This document shows, in pieces, positions 1 through 9,681 of a stretch of DNA of 64,000 nucleotides. The first letter of the stretch is position 1. Each line of letters begins with the position of its first letter. The position numbers were made by a program, and so were the translations under genes. This DNA comes from an uncultured Bacteroidota bacterium (GTDB lineage: Bacteria; Bacteroidota; Bacteroidia; Chitinophagales; LD1): assembly GCA_937894725.1 (NCBI GenBank), contig CALAYL010000049.1, positions 8,900 to 72,899 on the forward strand. Reading direction: 5' to 3'. Under the pieces are notes generated by a model. That model saw only the letters and a program-made list of their open reading frames with translations, ran no database searches and was not told the DNA's origin.

Positions 1-184
1 CCGTAGAAATAAAAAGTGAAACAAAAAAGATAGTTACTGCGTAAAAGTACTTAGTCATAAGATATTATTAGAGATTTTTTACAAAATTAGAAAAAACAAA
101 TTGATTTATCGACACAAAACTGAAATTTCGTATCAATAAGACGACATTTTATGTTTTTTGGTTGCAAAAAAAAGTGGCATGGCT

Positions 185-213
185 TTTGTTTTAAAATAAA
201 AGTGCTACTTTTG
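185..213 (+). promoter_or_regulatory. Candidate Bacteroidota-type promoter (-33 TTTG / -7 TAnnTTTG) for the 243..665 gene
   Basis: TTTG at 185-188 and TACTTTTG at 206-213 with a 17-nt spacer, 30 nt upstream of the ATG at 243. This has the form of the published Bacteroides -33/-7 consensus. Confidence 0.35.
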
Positions 214-242
214 GCACTAATTAATTAACAAAAAACAAAAAA

Positions 243-665
243 ATGAAAAAAGTAATTTATTCTGCCCTAATGATGGGTGCACTAGCATTCAGTACGACAT
301 CTTGTACTAAAACTTGTGATCCAGGTTACGAAGGATCTGATTGTAAGACTGAAGTAAGAACTAAGTTTTTGGCTAACAACAAAGTAACTACAGACAATTG
401 TGCTGGATCTGGATACAACATGTCTATCACAGCTGATTCAGATGTAGAGTATGTAGTATTTAGCAACCTAGGCAATTTCGCTACTCCAGCAGTGGTAAAA
501 GCTAAAGTTGATGGTTCAACATTGTCATTCACAAGCTTTATTGATGCTACTGGAAGAAAATTCACTGGTACAGGAACTTTGGCTGGTAACACAATTACAC
601 TTACTTATACTGTAGTTTATACTGACAACACTTCAGAATCTTGCAACGTAACTATTGCGCTATAA
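243..665 (+). CDS. Hypothetical lipoprotein (Cys-rich EGF-like N-terminus, beta-rich body)
   Basis: 140-aa ORF with a signal peptide plus lipobox (ALAFSTTSC). It is followed by a strong intrinsic terminator. No recognisable catalytic motif. Confidence 0.75.
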   Translation: MKKVIYSALMMGALAFSTTSCTKTCDPGYEGSDCKTEVRTKFLANNKVTTDNCAGSGYNMSITADSDVEYVVFSNLGNFATPAVVKAKVDGSTLSFTSFIDATGRKFTGTGTLAGNTITLTYTVVYTDNTSESCNVTIAL

Positions 666-683
666 TTCTAAGTTTAATTTCTA

Positions 684-718
684 AAAAAAGGCTGGTCAAA
701 TGACCAGCCTTTTTTTAT
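684..718 (+). terminator. Rho-independent terminator of 243..665
   Basis: GGCTGGTCA/TGACCAGCC stem at 691-710 followed by T7 at 711-717. Confidence 0.85.
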
Positions 719-856
719 TTACCCGCACCTTGCTTGCGATTATTTCCGTTACAAACCAACTCAATGCATTGTGGTTAGTAAACATCTAACTCAGCACAAT
801 GTCGCATGCATATTTTAGTAATAATGTATCAAGTTTGTTGCTCGAAAATAGGAAAT

Positions 857-892
857 AAAAAACGGGTTTGAAAAAAATCAAACCCGTTTTTT
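857..892 (-). terminator. Rho-independent terminator of 913..1332 (bidirectional shape)
   Basis: CGGGTTTGA/TCAAACCCG stem at 863-886, flanked by an A-run and a T-run, 20 nt downstream of the minus-strand stop codon. Confidence 0.8.
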
Positions 893-912
893 AATAATAA
901 AGATTAAAGAAA

Positions 913-1332
913 TTAGTTTCTTTTCTTTTGATTTTCAACCTCTGTTTTTGTAGCATCAGAGTTACGTTGTTTTTGAATTTCTTCAACTGATCCAGATCCA
1001 CCTGCACGCTCTTTTTGAGGGTCTTTCGGTGCTACAGGTGCTGGAGCTGGCTTTGCAGCTGGTTTAGATTTAGGCTTTGCAGCTACTACCGCCTTCAAAG
1101 CTGGTTTTGCTTTTACCAAAGAATCTACTACTAACTGAGCAGCGGCAGTTGCTTTTTCTTCGCATGCTGCGGTTACTTCTTCATCTAGTGTAGCTACTTT
1201 AGCATCTACAAGCGCCTGCACGGCTGCGTTGTCAGATTCTAATGCTTTTGTGTTTGCTTCTTCATTGTTGCAGCTAGCCAATACTAGACCGATAGTCGCG
1301 ATGGCTGATATTCTTACAAATAACTTTTTCAT
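913..1332 (-). CDS. Small Ala/Lys/Pro-rich lipoprotein, hypothetical
   Basis: 139-aa ORF with a lipobox (LVLASC), Ala-rich helices and a low-complexity KPKSKPAAKPAPAPVAPK tract. It shares the (L/M)VDAKVA..(L/M) motif with the next gene. Confidence 0.7.
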   Translation of the reverse strand: MKKLFVRISAIATIGLVLASCNNEEANTKALESDNAAVQALVDAKVATLDEEVTAACEEKATAAAQLVVDSLVKAKPALKAVVAAKPKSKPAAKPAPAPVAPKDPQKERAGGSGSVEEIQKQRNSDATKTEVENQKKRN

Positions 1333-1361
1333 TGTATTTCGTTTTTTTTAGGTTAGTTAAA

Positions 1362-1595
1362 TTAGTTTGCTGCAGTTGGTTCCGCAGTCATTTCAGCTAC
1401 TTTGGCATCTACCATAGCCTGCATACCATCAGCGCAGCTTGCTTCTTTAGCAGCACGCAAGTCAGTAGCAGTAGCATTAAAAATAGAGTCAGCTTTTGCA
1501 GCTTTCGCTTCTTCTGTAAGCGGCACATATTTGTCGCCACAGCTCATAAATGAGAGCGCAAATAAACTAACCGCAGCAAGTGTTATCTTTTTCAT
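1362..1595 (-). CDS. Small Ala-rich lipoprotein, paralogue of 913..1332
   Basis: The track ORF 1362..1691 was trimmed to the internal Met (ATG at 1595-1593), which starts a signal peptide plus lipobox (MKKITLAAVSLFALSFMSC). The upstream extension is hydrophobic junk. Confidence 0.65.
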   Translation of the reverse strand: MKKITLAAVSLFALSFMSCGDKYVPLTEEAKAAKADSIFNATATDLRAAKEASCADGMQAMVDAKVAEMTAEPTAAN

Positions 1596-1746
1596 AGTTT
1601 TTATTTTTTTAGTTAAGATGCAAAAATACACAGTTTGCATAAAATCAAGAATAAATGATTCACAAAAACAGAAAAAAATGTTAATAATCAAGCTATTCAG
1701 CTATTCACTAGCTATGTTTTACTTGATGATTTCATTATATGTATTA

Positions 1747-3039
1747 TCACTTTGCTACTATTCTGCCGTTTGCAGCGGCCAAAACGGCCTTCCGTTTCAG
1801 CACCAACTCTTCATATTCGGCAGATGAGTCAGCATCAAAAGTGATGGCACTACCGGTTTTTATAGATGCCAGTTTATTTTTTTTATCATAAAACAACGCT
1901 CGTATCACTACATTAAAATCAGCATCGCCATGGCTGTCGATATACCCCATAGTGCCTGAAAACAATCCACGAGCCGTTTTCTCTCTGCTCGCTATCTCCT
2001 TCATCACGGCTAGTTTGGGTGCGCCTGTCATACTCCCCATAGGATAGGCTATTTTCAAAGCCTTGAAAAAATCATTTTCATCTGCTAAATTAGCGACTAC
2101 CGTAGATATCATCTGGTGTAGGGTATTGAACGTATAAATACCAAACAGCTCCTCAACTTGGATACTGCCTGTAATGGAAAATGGCGTTAAGTCATTGCGC
2201 ACAAGGTCCACAATCATTACGTTTTCAGCTCTTTCTTTGGGCGATGATAGCAATTTTTCTTTTTGCCTTTTATCGTCTGCTTCGTCCTTACCTCGAGGCA
2301 TAGTTCCCTTGATGGGTTGGCTTATCAATTTTGTATCTCGTTTGGCCAAAAAGCGCTCTGGACTAGCACATAGACAGTATTTATCTCCGTATTTCAATAA
2401 AGTTGAAAATGGAGATTGGCTTCGTTCATTTAGTTGAAAAAAAACAGCTAGGGGGTCGAGGTCGCTGTGTTGTGCCAGTACTTCGGTACAATAATTTAGT
2501 TCATAATAATCACCATCTGCTATCTGCGATTGTATCTGCTCCACATGGTTTATGTATTCGGCTTTAGATGTTTGTTCCTTGAAAAAAGATTCAGGTTGCT
2601 CATTTTGGGGTAGTGCTACTGCTTCGATTTGGCTTATTATTTCAAATGTTTCGGGATAATTTCGATTGATAGTGAGCGATTGCCCATTGATTTCAAAAAT
2701 ATATCTAGGCGAAAAAAAATAGGTGTTTGGAAAGGTGACTGTAGAAGGTGTAGTATGTGATACGCCATGCGTTTCAGCTTGCAAATCATAAGTCATAAAT
2801 CCATAAATGGCTGATTTTTTTTGAATAAAAAAATCAGCTAGTTCGGTAAATGTATAGGAGGTAGGCGCACAAAAATCTACGGCATCTACTACTAATCGCC
2901 AATCAAATTTTGAATACCTGTCGAGTGCATAGCTGTTCGAATCGAACGCCATAAATACTGCAAAACGATTTGCCCAGATAATCGCCTTTTGTTTAAAGAC
3001 AAAAGGATCTGCTATCTGAACAGTAGTCTCATTTTGCAT
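1747..3039 (-). CDS. pabB: Chorismate-binding enzyme, probably aminodeoxychorismate synthase component I
   Basis: 430 aa. The C-terminal chorismate-utilising signature is present (AYPMGSMTGAPK, GSAITFDADS). The N-terminal half is short, as in PabB rather than TrpE. Confidence 0.75.
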   Translation of the reverse strand: MQNETTVQIADPFVFKQKAIIWANRFAVFMAFDSNSYALDRYSKFDWRLVVDAVDFCAPTSYTFTELADFFIQKKSAIYGFMTYDLQAETHGVSHTTPSTVTFPNTYFFSPRYIFEINGQSLTINRNYPETFEIISQIEAVALPQNEQPESFFKEQTSKAEYINHVEQIQSQIADGDYYELNYCTEVLAQHSDLDPLAVFFQLNERSQSPFSTLLKYGDKYCLCASPERFLAKRDTKLISQPIKGTMPRGKDEADDKRQKEKLLSSPKERAENVMIVDLVRNDLTPFSITGSIQVEELFGIYTFNTLHQMISTVVANLADENDFFKALKIAYPMGSMTGAPKLAVMKEIASREKTARGLFSGTMGYIDSHGDADFNVVIRALFYDKKNKLASIKTGSAITFDADSSAEYEELVLKRKAVLAAANGRIVAK

Positions 3040-3051
3040 ACGGTGAGCAGG

Positions 3052-4317
3052 CTATTTTACCATCAATTTTTCACGTTCAGGCCCCGTAGATAAAAGCGAT
3101 ACTGGCGCGCCTAAATATTGCTCAATAAACTTTAAGTATTGTGTAGCCGCTAGGGGCAAATCTGCAAATGAGGTAAAGATGGATAGGTCGGTTTTCCAGC
3201 CTTCAAATGATTGATATACTGGTGTGATTTTGCTGTACTCCATATCAAAGGGCACTTGCTCTGTTATTGCTCCATCGATATCATAAGATACTGCCATATC
3301 TATGGCTTCAAAGTCATTGAGAATATCGGCTTTGGTGATAGCGATTTTGGTTACGCCATTGATATAGGTAGCATATCTGAGTGCGACCAAATCTATCCAA
3401 CCGGTGCGTCTCGGTCGGCCAGTAGTAGCCCCAAATTCATTGCCCACTTTACGGATTCTTTCGCCCATATCATTGTCGAGTTCGGTAGGAAATGGCCCAC
3501 TCCCTACACGGGTACAATACGCTTTGGCAATCCCGATTACATCTCTAATTTTGGTAGGAGCTACGCCCAAACCGTTGCAAGCGCCCGAAGAAATAGTGTT
3601 TGATGAAGTCACAAAAGGATAGGTGCCGAAATCTATATCCAGCATAGTACCTTGCGCTCCTTCTGCCAATATTTTTTTGCCTGTCTGTAATGCCTCATTG
3701 AGGTAATATTCAGAATCTACAATCTTAAAGTCGCGAATAAATTCGATACTTTTCATCCACTCTGTCTCTGCTGCTGCTACATCAAACTCAAAATCATATT
3801 GCTTGAGTATATGCAGGTGCTTTTCTTTGAGCGTATGATATTGCTGCGCAAAATCTGCCCTCAAGATATCGCCTATGCGTAAGCCATTTCGGCCAGTTTT
3901 GTCCATATAAGTAGGCGATATACCTCTCAAAGTAGAACCAATTTTTGATTTTCCTTTTGCTTGCTCTGATGCTGCATCGAGCACTTTATGCGTAGGCAAA
4001 ATCAGGTGAGCTTTTTTAGAAATAAGCAAATTGCCTTTTACATCAAATCCTTTTGCTGTAAGTGTTTCAATCTCCTTGACCAAGGTCACTGGATCTATCA
4101 CTACGCCATTGCCTATCACATTGGTAACCCCTGGCTGCATGATTCCGCTCGGTATGGTATGCAAAACTGTTTTTACACCATCTATTACTAAGGTGTGTCC
4201 TGCATTTGGCCCGCCCTGAAAGCGGGCTATAATATCGTAAGATGGGGCTAAAAAATCTACGATTTTCCCTTTCCCTTCATCGCCCCATTGCATTCCTAAT
4301 AGTACATCTACAAACAT
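3052..4317 (-). CDS. purA: Adenylosuccinate synthetase
   Basis: 421 aa with QWGDEGKGK, GNGVVIDP and TTGRPRRTGW motifs across the full length. Confidence 0.97.
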   Translation of the reverse strand: MFVDVLLGMQWGDEGKGKIVDFLAPSYDIIARFQGGPNAGHTLVIDGVKTVLHTIPSGIMQPGVTNVIGNGVVIDPVTLVKEIETLTAKGFDVKGNLLISKKAHLILPTHKVLDAASEQAKGKSKIGSTLRGISPTYMDKTGRNGLRIGDILRADFAQQYHTLKEKHLHILKQYDFEFDVAAAETEWMKSIEFIRDFKIVDSEYYLNEALQTGKKILAEGAQGTMLDIDFGTYPFVTSSNTISSGACNGLGVAPTKIRDVIGIAKAYCTRVGSGPFPTELDNDMGERIRKVGNEFGATTGRPRRTGWIDLVALRYATYINGVTKIAITKADILNDFEAIDMAVSYDIDGAITEQVPFDMEYSKITPVYQSFEGWKTDLSIFTSFADLPLAATQYLKFIEQYLGAPVSLLSTGPEREKLMVK

Positions 4318-4343
4318 GTTGAATTATATTTTTTCGGTAAAAA

Positions 4344-4691
4344 TTATTTAAGTAAAGCTAGTCGTTCTTGAGCATCTTGTACAGAAACTGATATCAAGAA
4401 TATAGCATCCAATTTCATCATATTCATCAATTTTTGCACATTATCGGGCAGTTCAGCCAAAATCAGCTCTCCACCTGCGTTGCGCACTCTCGCCAATGCG
4501 CTCATAAACATTCCAAAGCCTGTGCTATTGATAAACTTCACCTCTTTGAGAGAGAAAATAATCTTGTTTACACCAGATTCTAAATTTTGTCTTACGAGTT
4601 CAAGTATAGGGCCATTTGCATGCTCTCCTAGCAGATTTCCAGAGAGATATACGACCAAAACGCCTTGTTCTATTTTCTTATTTATTTCCAT
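4344..4691 (-). CDS. STAS-domain protein (anti-sigma-factor antagonist family)
   Basis: 115 aa with SpoIIAA-like topology and an INSTGFG motif at the phosphorylatable-Ser position. Its start codon overlaps the fur stop codon by 1 nt. Confidence 0.75.
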   Translation of the reverse strand: MEINKKIEQGVLVVYLSGNLLGEHANGPILELVRQNLESGVNKIIFSLKEVKFINSTGFGMFMSALARVRNAGGELILAELPDNVQKLMNMMKLDAIFLISVSVQDAQERLALLK

Positions 4692-5161
4692 TATTTAAGA
4701 TTGTTTTTTTTAACCAAGCAATTGCCACAGATTCCGTAGCAATTTAGCGAATGATGGGTTATTTTAAAATTGAGCAAATCGCCTACCATTGTTTTTATCT
4801 GTTGGATACGAGGATCACAAAACTCCACTACTTTTTTACATTCTATACAGATGACATGGTCGTGTTGCTTGTAGCCAAATGACTTTTCGTATTGTGCTTG
4901 ATTGCGCCCAAACTGGTGTTTTTTAATCAAATCGCAGGTGACGAGCAGATCTAGTGAGTTGTAAACAGTGGCACGACTCACATTTATTTTTTTGGCTGTA
5001 AGGTCTATATAAAATTGCTCCGCCTCAAAATGGTCGGTTCGTGCATATACCTCCTCAAGTATAGCAAAGCGTTCGGGAGTTTTGCGCAAGCCTCTCTGCT
5101 CCAAGTAGGCGGAGAATATCTTTTTTACCTCTTCAAATGTTTCAATCGATGTCACCCACAA
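4691..5161 (-). CDS. fur: Fur-family metal-responsive transcriptional regulator
   Basis: 156 aa with a wHTH N-terminus, HDHVICIECKKVVEF and a C-terminal CxxC (CGNC). Only TTG (5161) or GTG (5155) starts are available. Confidence 0.85.
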   Translation of the reverse strand: MWVTSIETFEEVKKIFSAYLEQRGLRKTPERFAILEEVYARTDHFEAEQFYIDLTAKKINVSRATVYNSLDLLVTCDLIKKHQFGRNQAQYEKSFGYKQHDHVICIECKKVVEFCDPRIQQIKTMVGDLLNFKITHHSLNCYGICGNCLVKKNNLK

Positions 5162-5217
5162 ATATACCCTTTTTGCCTATCATTTTTGTGATGTTGATAG
5201 AAATTGGAAAAGATAGT

Positions 5218-8200
5218 CTAATGGTAGTTTTTATGGTAAAAATGTAAGTAATTGCCTACTCGCTTTGTATTAATAAGCGTAGTGTAATTTAGCGAAGATA
5301 TGGCGAAAATATAGACCTGATTTGACTCAAGCCCAGTAGCTAATTTCAAATTCTGGCGTAGTTTGTTTTCAAAACTGAGTGCTTGTGCTTTGTTATCAAA
5401 GGGCTTTATTACAATCAACTTATTATTTGCATCAATAAAAACAGAACGGTTAGAAAATCTAGTTTCTGGCGTTTTGTCCTGCTCAAATGCATCTATTTTT
5501 GCAAAAATATCATTAGAATAATAAATCGGATTTGCATAATAGATGATAATCATATGCGGTGCATTGTCACTCAATCCGTATAGGTCTTCTTGATCGGTAG
5601 TATCGGAATTTATGGTTTCTACAATTTTTGGTGCTGGTGGAGCTACTGCTTTTGTAGTGTCTATAGGCTTCACCTCGGTATTGATTAGAGGGGCAGTTGA
5701 CTTTGCAGTGTCTTTGACTTCGACATTCGGCTTAGTCTTAGCCACGGTATCTTTGACTACCGGCTTTTCAATAGGCTTAGCAGGCTCTTCGATAGTTGTT
5801 TTTGGCACTTCGATTGGTTTCTTTGGCTCAGTAGTAGTTGACTTAGCAGTGCTCAGGGTGTCTTTAACTGTAGCTATATTTGCAGGCACAGTGTCGATAA
5901 CTGGGACTGGCACTTCCTTACTCAAATCCTTCATAGGCAATTGTGAGCTATTGAGGGTTGCCAATAGGTTTTCGGCTACTGCTCCTTCTGGCGTATCCTT
6001 GTGCTTTTGGATAATTTTATTGAGTGATTGTATGTAGTCGTCAAGGCGATTTTGCTTGGATTCTACAAGCGCATTAAGCAAATCAAATTTGGGCTTTAAC
6101 GGATTAGGGTTGTACTCTACATCCGCTAGCTTACACTTTTGAATAGCAGAAGCGTACAATCCGTTTTCATAATCTACATAAGCAGATTGATAGAAAGTAT
6201 TGAGTGCATTTTGCTCTTTTTTCTCTGCTTCAAAATAAGATGGGTCTTGTAAAAACTTAGCAATTTTACTTTCAGGATATTCATTGATGATTCGTGATCT
6301 ATAATCTTGTTTTTGCGTGTTTTTATTCATCAAATCGCCTAGAAGATAAAGCTGATAATAAGTTTCGAGGCTTAGCTTATTATTAGGAAAACGCTTGCTG
6401 AGCTCATCAAATTTTTGATTTGCTTTTCGATTATTTTTCAAATCTGATTTATAGATAACGCCCGCTGTGTAAAATGCGTCAATCAATTTTTCATTTGAAA
6501 GATTGATTTTTTCGGGTGTCATAGGTAGTCCAGCTATCATCTTGTCTATGTCTGAACCTGTATCGGCTTTGCTATCTTGATCGCTAGTGCCGGAGTTTGT
6601 ATCCGTATTGCTTGACATATCTGCAATAGTGCTTTTCGCTTTTCTACGCCAATTTTCTTCTAATTTTCGCTGTCCCCATCGTTTTATAAATTCAGTGTAT
6701 CCATTGCTACGCATTACCGTATTAGAAAAGTACCACGCACCTGCTGTGTTGGTATTTGAATTAGTATTGAGCGTGTTATTGTTGTTATTAAACACATTGT
6801 TGACTTGGGCTTGCGACTCTTTTTCCGATTTTTTCTCACGGTCGTCCATCAGCTTTTTGATAGTCCTTTCTCTCTCGCTCACCGACATTTTAGCCAACCG
6901 TTGCAAACTATCTTCGCTAGATATGATAGAAAGTTGCTCCACTAATTTGCCTAACACATTTGCACGCATCGCCACTTCCTCATAGGCAGTATCTTTCTTA
7001 GGCAATCCGAGTAGTGTACTGTCGTAATAGAATTTTGCAGAAGTGTACATTTCTTCTTCATAATCCATGTGCGCCAATCGTAGAAAAGAAAGCGATTTTT
7101 GTTCTAGATTGCTGGTAGAACTCGCCACCGATTTTTGATACCATTCTCTTGCTTTAGGTCGATTGTTTTCATCTTGTGCGATTTCACCCAATTCAAAATA
7201 AATCTGATCTAAGTAATCGCTATATTTTCCATCGCGCGACATTTTTACCAATGCCTTTTTTACACCATCGATATTAATTTTGCCTTTTCGAGCTATACGA
7301 TTTTGTTGAATTTGCGCAAAAAACTCAGCATCATAGCCAGGATTTGACTTTAGCGCGAGTGCATAGTATTGTACAGACTTAGCTTTATCACCCAGTCTTT
7401 CATATATCTGCGCTAATGCGATAGCAGGTCGAAGGCGGAGTTTTTTCTTTTTTACTTTTGCTAAATAGAGCGCTAAGGGCAGGGTCGCTTGGCTCCAATC
7501 CTTTTTGGCTATGTAAAGATTAGCCTCGACAAGCAACAACTCATTGTCTAGGTTTTTGTAAAACTGATCATCGTTTTTAGCATATTGGATAATACTTGCT
7601 GCTTCATTAAATTTGCCTTTGGCCGTATATGCCTTTGCCATCCAAAGCATGGCTTCAGCTCTAGCTGGCTCATGTACAAAAATACTGTAACTAGGTCGCT
7701 CATCAATTTTTTCGAGTACTAAATTCCCTTTTTCGTCAAGTCTCTTTTTGAATTTTGCTCTTTTTTTCGGCTTTTTCTTTTTTGATGGCTTTACATTTTT
7801 GCCCTTTAGTCTTTTGACCTCTTTTACATAATCCACTCCATCTTTATACTCGGTAGTGACAAAACGCAGGTTCTGTATAGACTTGTCATAATCGCCTTTG
7901 AGAAAATTAGCTCGGGCTATCATTAAGAAATGGTCATCTACAAAATTTGAATACTTATGTATCTGAATCGATTTTTCACAACGCTTTTCGATATCTTCAA
8001 GATCGCCTTTAAAACTAGCACAAGCTGTTTTGTCGGAATAAAAATAAACAGGTATAACTTCTTTGTAATCGTCCTTATAGCCTTTTTGAGCGCCTTGCAA
8101 CACGACCTTCATCTTTTCCTTAGCATTGAAATAGGCGTTGTATCGCGAAGTAAGATCGCTATACTGCTGCACAGGGAAAGGTGCCTGATTGGTAGTAGCG

Positions 8201-8262
8201 CATCCTGATATGCCAAGAATGATAAAAAGAATTAAAAAATGATGTAACTTACCGTATCGCAA
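5218..8262 (-). CDS. Large TPR-repeat lipoprotein, possibly the SprE/PorW-type T9SS/gliding component
   Basis: 1014 aa with a lipobox (LGISGC) and multiple TPR-like repeats. It also has basic (KKKKPKKRAKFKKR), Asn-rich and Pro/Lys/Thr-rich low-complexity linkers. The SprE/PorW assignment rests on architecture only. Confidence 0.5.
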   Translation of the reverse strand: MRYGKLHHFLILFIILGISGCATTNQAPFPVQQYSDLTSRYNAYFNAKEKMKVVLQGAQKGYKDDYKEVIPVYFYSDKTACASFKGDLEDIEKRCEKSIQIHKYSNFVDDHFLMIARANFLKGDYDKSIQNLRFVTTEYKDGVDYVKEVKRLKGKNVKPSKKKKPKKRAKFKKRLDEKGNLVLEKIDERPSYSIFVHEPARAEAMLWMAKAYTAKGKFNEAASIIQYAKNDDQFYKNLDNELLLVEANLYIAKKDWSQATLPLALYLAKVKKKKLRLRPAIALAQIYERLGDKAKSVQYYALALKSNPGYDAEFFAQIQQNRIARKGKINIDGVKKALVKMSRDGKYSDYLDQIYFELGEIAQDENNRPKAREWYQKSVASSTSNLEQKSLSFLRLAHMDYEEEMYTSAKFYYDSTLLGLPKKDTAYEEVAMRANVLGKLVEQLSIISSEDSLQRLAKMSVSERERTIKKLMDDREKKSEKESQAQVNNVFNNNNNTLNTNSNTNTAGAWYFSNTVMRSNGYTEFIKRWGQRKLEENWRRKAKSTIADMSSNTDTNSGTSDQDSKADTGSDIDKMIAGLPMTPEKINLSNEKLIDAFYTAGVIYKSDLKNNRKANQKFDELSKRFPNNKLSLETYYQLYLLGDLMNKNTQKQDYRSRIINEYPESKIAKFLQDPSYFEAEKKEQNALNTFYQSAYVDYENGLYASAIQKCKLADVEYNPNPLKPKFDLLNALVESKQNRLDDYIQSLNKIIQKHKDTPEGAVAENLLATLNSSQLPMKDLSKEVPVPVIDTVPANIATVKDTLSTAKSTTTEPKKPIEVPKTTIEEPAKPIEKPVVKDTVAKTKPNVEVKDTAKSTAPLINTEVKPIDTTKAVAPPAPKIVETINSDTTDQEDLYGLSDNAPHMIIIYYANPIYYSNDIFAKIDAFEQDKTPETRFSNRSVFIDANNKLIVIKPFDNKAQALSFENKLRQNLKLATGLESNQVYIFAISSLNYTTLINTKRVGNYLHFYHKNYH

Positions 8263-8347
8263 AATAATAGTTCTAATTTTTTTCTAGTCTTAAACGACAA
8301 ATTTATTGTTTTGTAGGACAATTAAACGAAAGTACGCATTTTTTATT

Positions 8348-9229
8348 ATGGCAAAAAAGATTAAAACATCGCAAAACGAATCTCTCAAATCAAAGTTTCG
8401 CTTTGTAGTATTGAATGATGCGACCTTTGAAGAGAAGTTTTCGATGATATTGAGCAGGAGAAATGTGTGGGTATTTATAAGTGCCATGGTATTTATTTTG
8501 GTCATACTCACCGCTAGTGCTATTGTTTACACCCCTTTGAAATATTTTATTCCTGGTTTTGGTGACTATAATTACAGAAGTCAGATAATGGCATTAAAAA
8601 TAGATACAGATTCACTGGAGCGCACTTTGACGGCAAGAAATCTTAAAACAGAAGTGATGCTCAAAATCTTAAATGATAGTGTAATGACTGACCCTTCAGA
8701 TTATACGTTAAATGATACACAAAAAAAGACAAGCGGGCAAATAGAGCTGCCACCCGTATCTGATGCAGAAAAAGAATTGAGGAGTGAGATCAACGACTTA
8801 GAAAGTTTTGCTATAAATTATGGAAAAAGAGGAAAAGTAGATGCTGCGGCATTGCTCAATGAATATCATTTTATGCAACCTACATCGGGTGTGGTGACCG
8901 ATGAATATAATATAAACACCGGGCATTATGGTATAGATATAGCCGCAAAAAGTGATGAACCAGTACAAGCAACACTTGATGGAACGGTTATCAGCACTGG
9001 ATTTGAAGTAGAAACAGGATATTCTATCACCATACAGCATAAAGACAATTTAGTGACACTATATAAGCACAATGCGAAGCTATTCAAATCTGTGGGCAAC
9101 CTGGTAAAAGCAGGCGATATTATAGCCGCTGTAGGCTCTACGGGCTCCACCTCCACTGGTCCACATTTGCACTTTGAGATTTGGCATCTTGGAAAACCCT
9201 TGAATCCTAAAGATTTTATTGTATTTTAG
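8348..9229 (+). CDS. M23 (LytM) family metallopeptidase with an N-terminal membrane anchor
   Basis: HYGIDIAA (HxxxD) and GPHLHFEIW (HxH) motifs plus one TM helix. The start was moved to the ATG at 8348 (MAKKIKT). Confidence 0.9.
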   Translation: MAKKIKTSQNESLKSKFRFVVLNDATFEEKFSMILSRRNVWVFISAMVFILVILTASAIVYTPLKYFIPGFGDYNYRSQIMALKIDTDSLERTLTARNLKTEVMLKILNDSVMTDPSDYTLNDTQKKTSGQIELPPVSDAEKELRSEINDLESFAINYGKRGKVDAAALLNEYHFMQPTSGVVTDEYNINTGHYGIDIAAKSDEPVQATLDGTVISTGFEVETGYSITIQHKDNLVTLYKHNAKLFKSVGNLVKAGDIIAAVGSTGSTSTGPHLHFEIWHLGKPLNPKDFIVF

Positions 9230-9253
9230 CTAGACAAAACTAGTACAAAACCC

Positions 9254-9670
9254 ATGAGTATGTTCGGTAAAAAAGAAGAAGGCACGTCAAACCCTAAGTC
9301 AATGAATCAATTGGGAGCTGGCACTTCGATAGTCGGTAATATTGAGTCAGATGCAGATATTAGAATAGATGGAAAGCTACATGGCAACGTATATACAAAA
9401 GGCAAATTGGTATTAGGAACTAATGCTATAATAGAGGGTGACGCAACATGCGTAAATGGCTATATTGAAGGCAAAATCAATGGCAAAATAGAATGCAGCG
9501 ATTTGCTGATTTTAGCTAAGACCTCTTTTGTATCAGGCGATATCGTAATCAAAAAACTAGTGGTAGAAGAAGGGGCTAAATTTAATGGCCGCTGTACCAT
9601 GGGAGTACAAGTAGCCCGCAATACGGATGGTGTAGAAACTACTACCGTAAAATCTATGAAGCAGGCCTAA
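9254..9670 (+). CDS. Bactofilin (polymer-forming cytoskeletal protein)
   Basis: 138 aa with the repetitive beta-helix pattern typical of the bactofilin/CcmA domain (G.I..D..I.IDGKL.G.V...GKLVLG....IEGD). Confidence 0.85.
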   Translation: MSMFGKKEEGTSNPKSMNQLGAGTSIVGNIESDADIRIDGKLHGNVYTKGKLVLGTNAIIEGDATCVNGYIEGKINGKIECSDLLILAKTSFVSGDIVIKKLVVEEGAKFNGRCTMGVQVARNTDGVETTTVKSMKQA

Positions 9671-9681
9671 AAAAGGCTAAC

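Noticed and set aside
1332-1827. Plus-strand ORFs 1332..1553 and 1402..1827
   Set aside because: They are antisense to the small lipoprotein gene and to the pabB 3' end. Their sequences are low-complexity and hydrophobic junk, and the minus-strand genes have clear signal peptides or enzyme motifs.
8290-8511. Minus-strand 73-aa ORF overlapping the start of the M23 peptidase gene
   Set aside because: It is AT-rich and low-complexity, and it overlaps a well-supported plus-strand gene and its promoter region.
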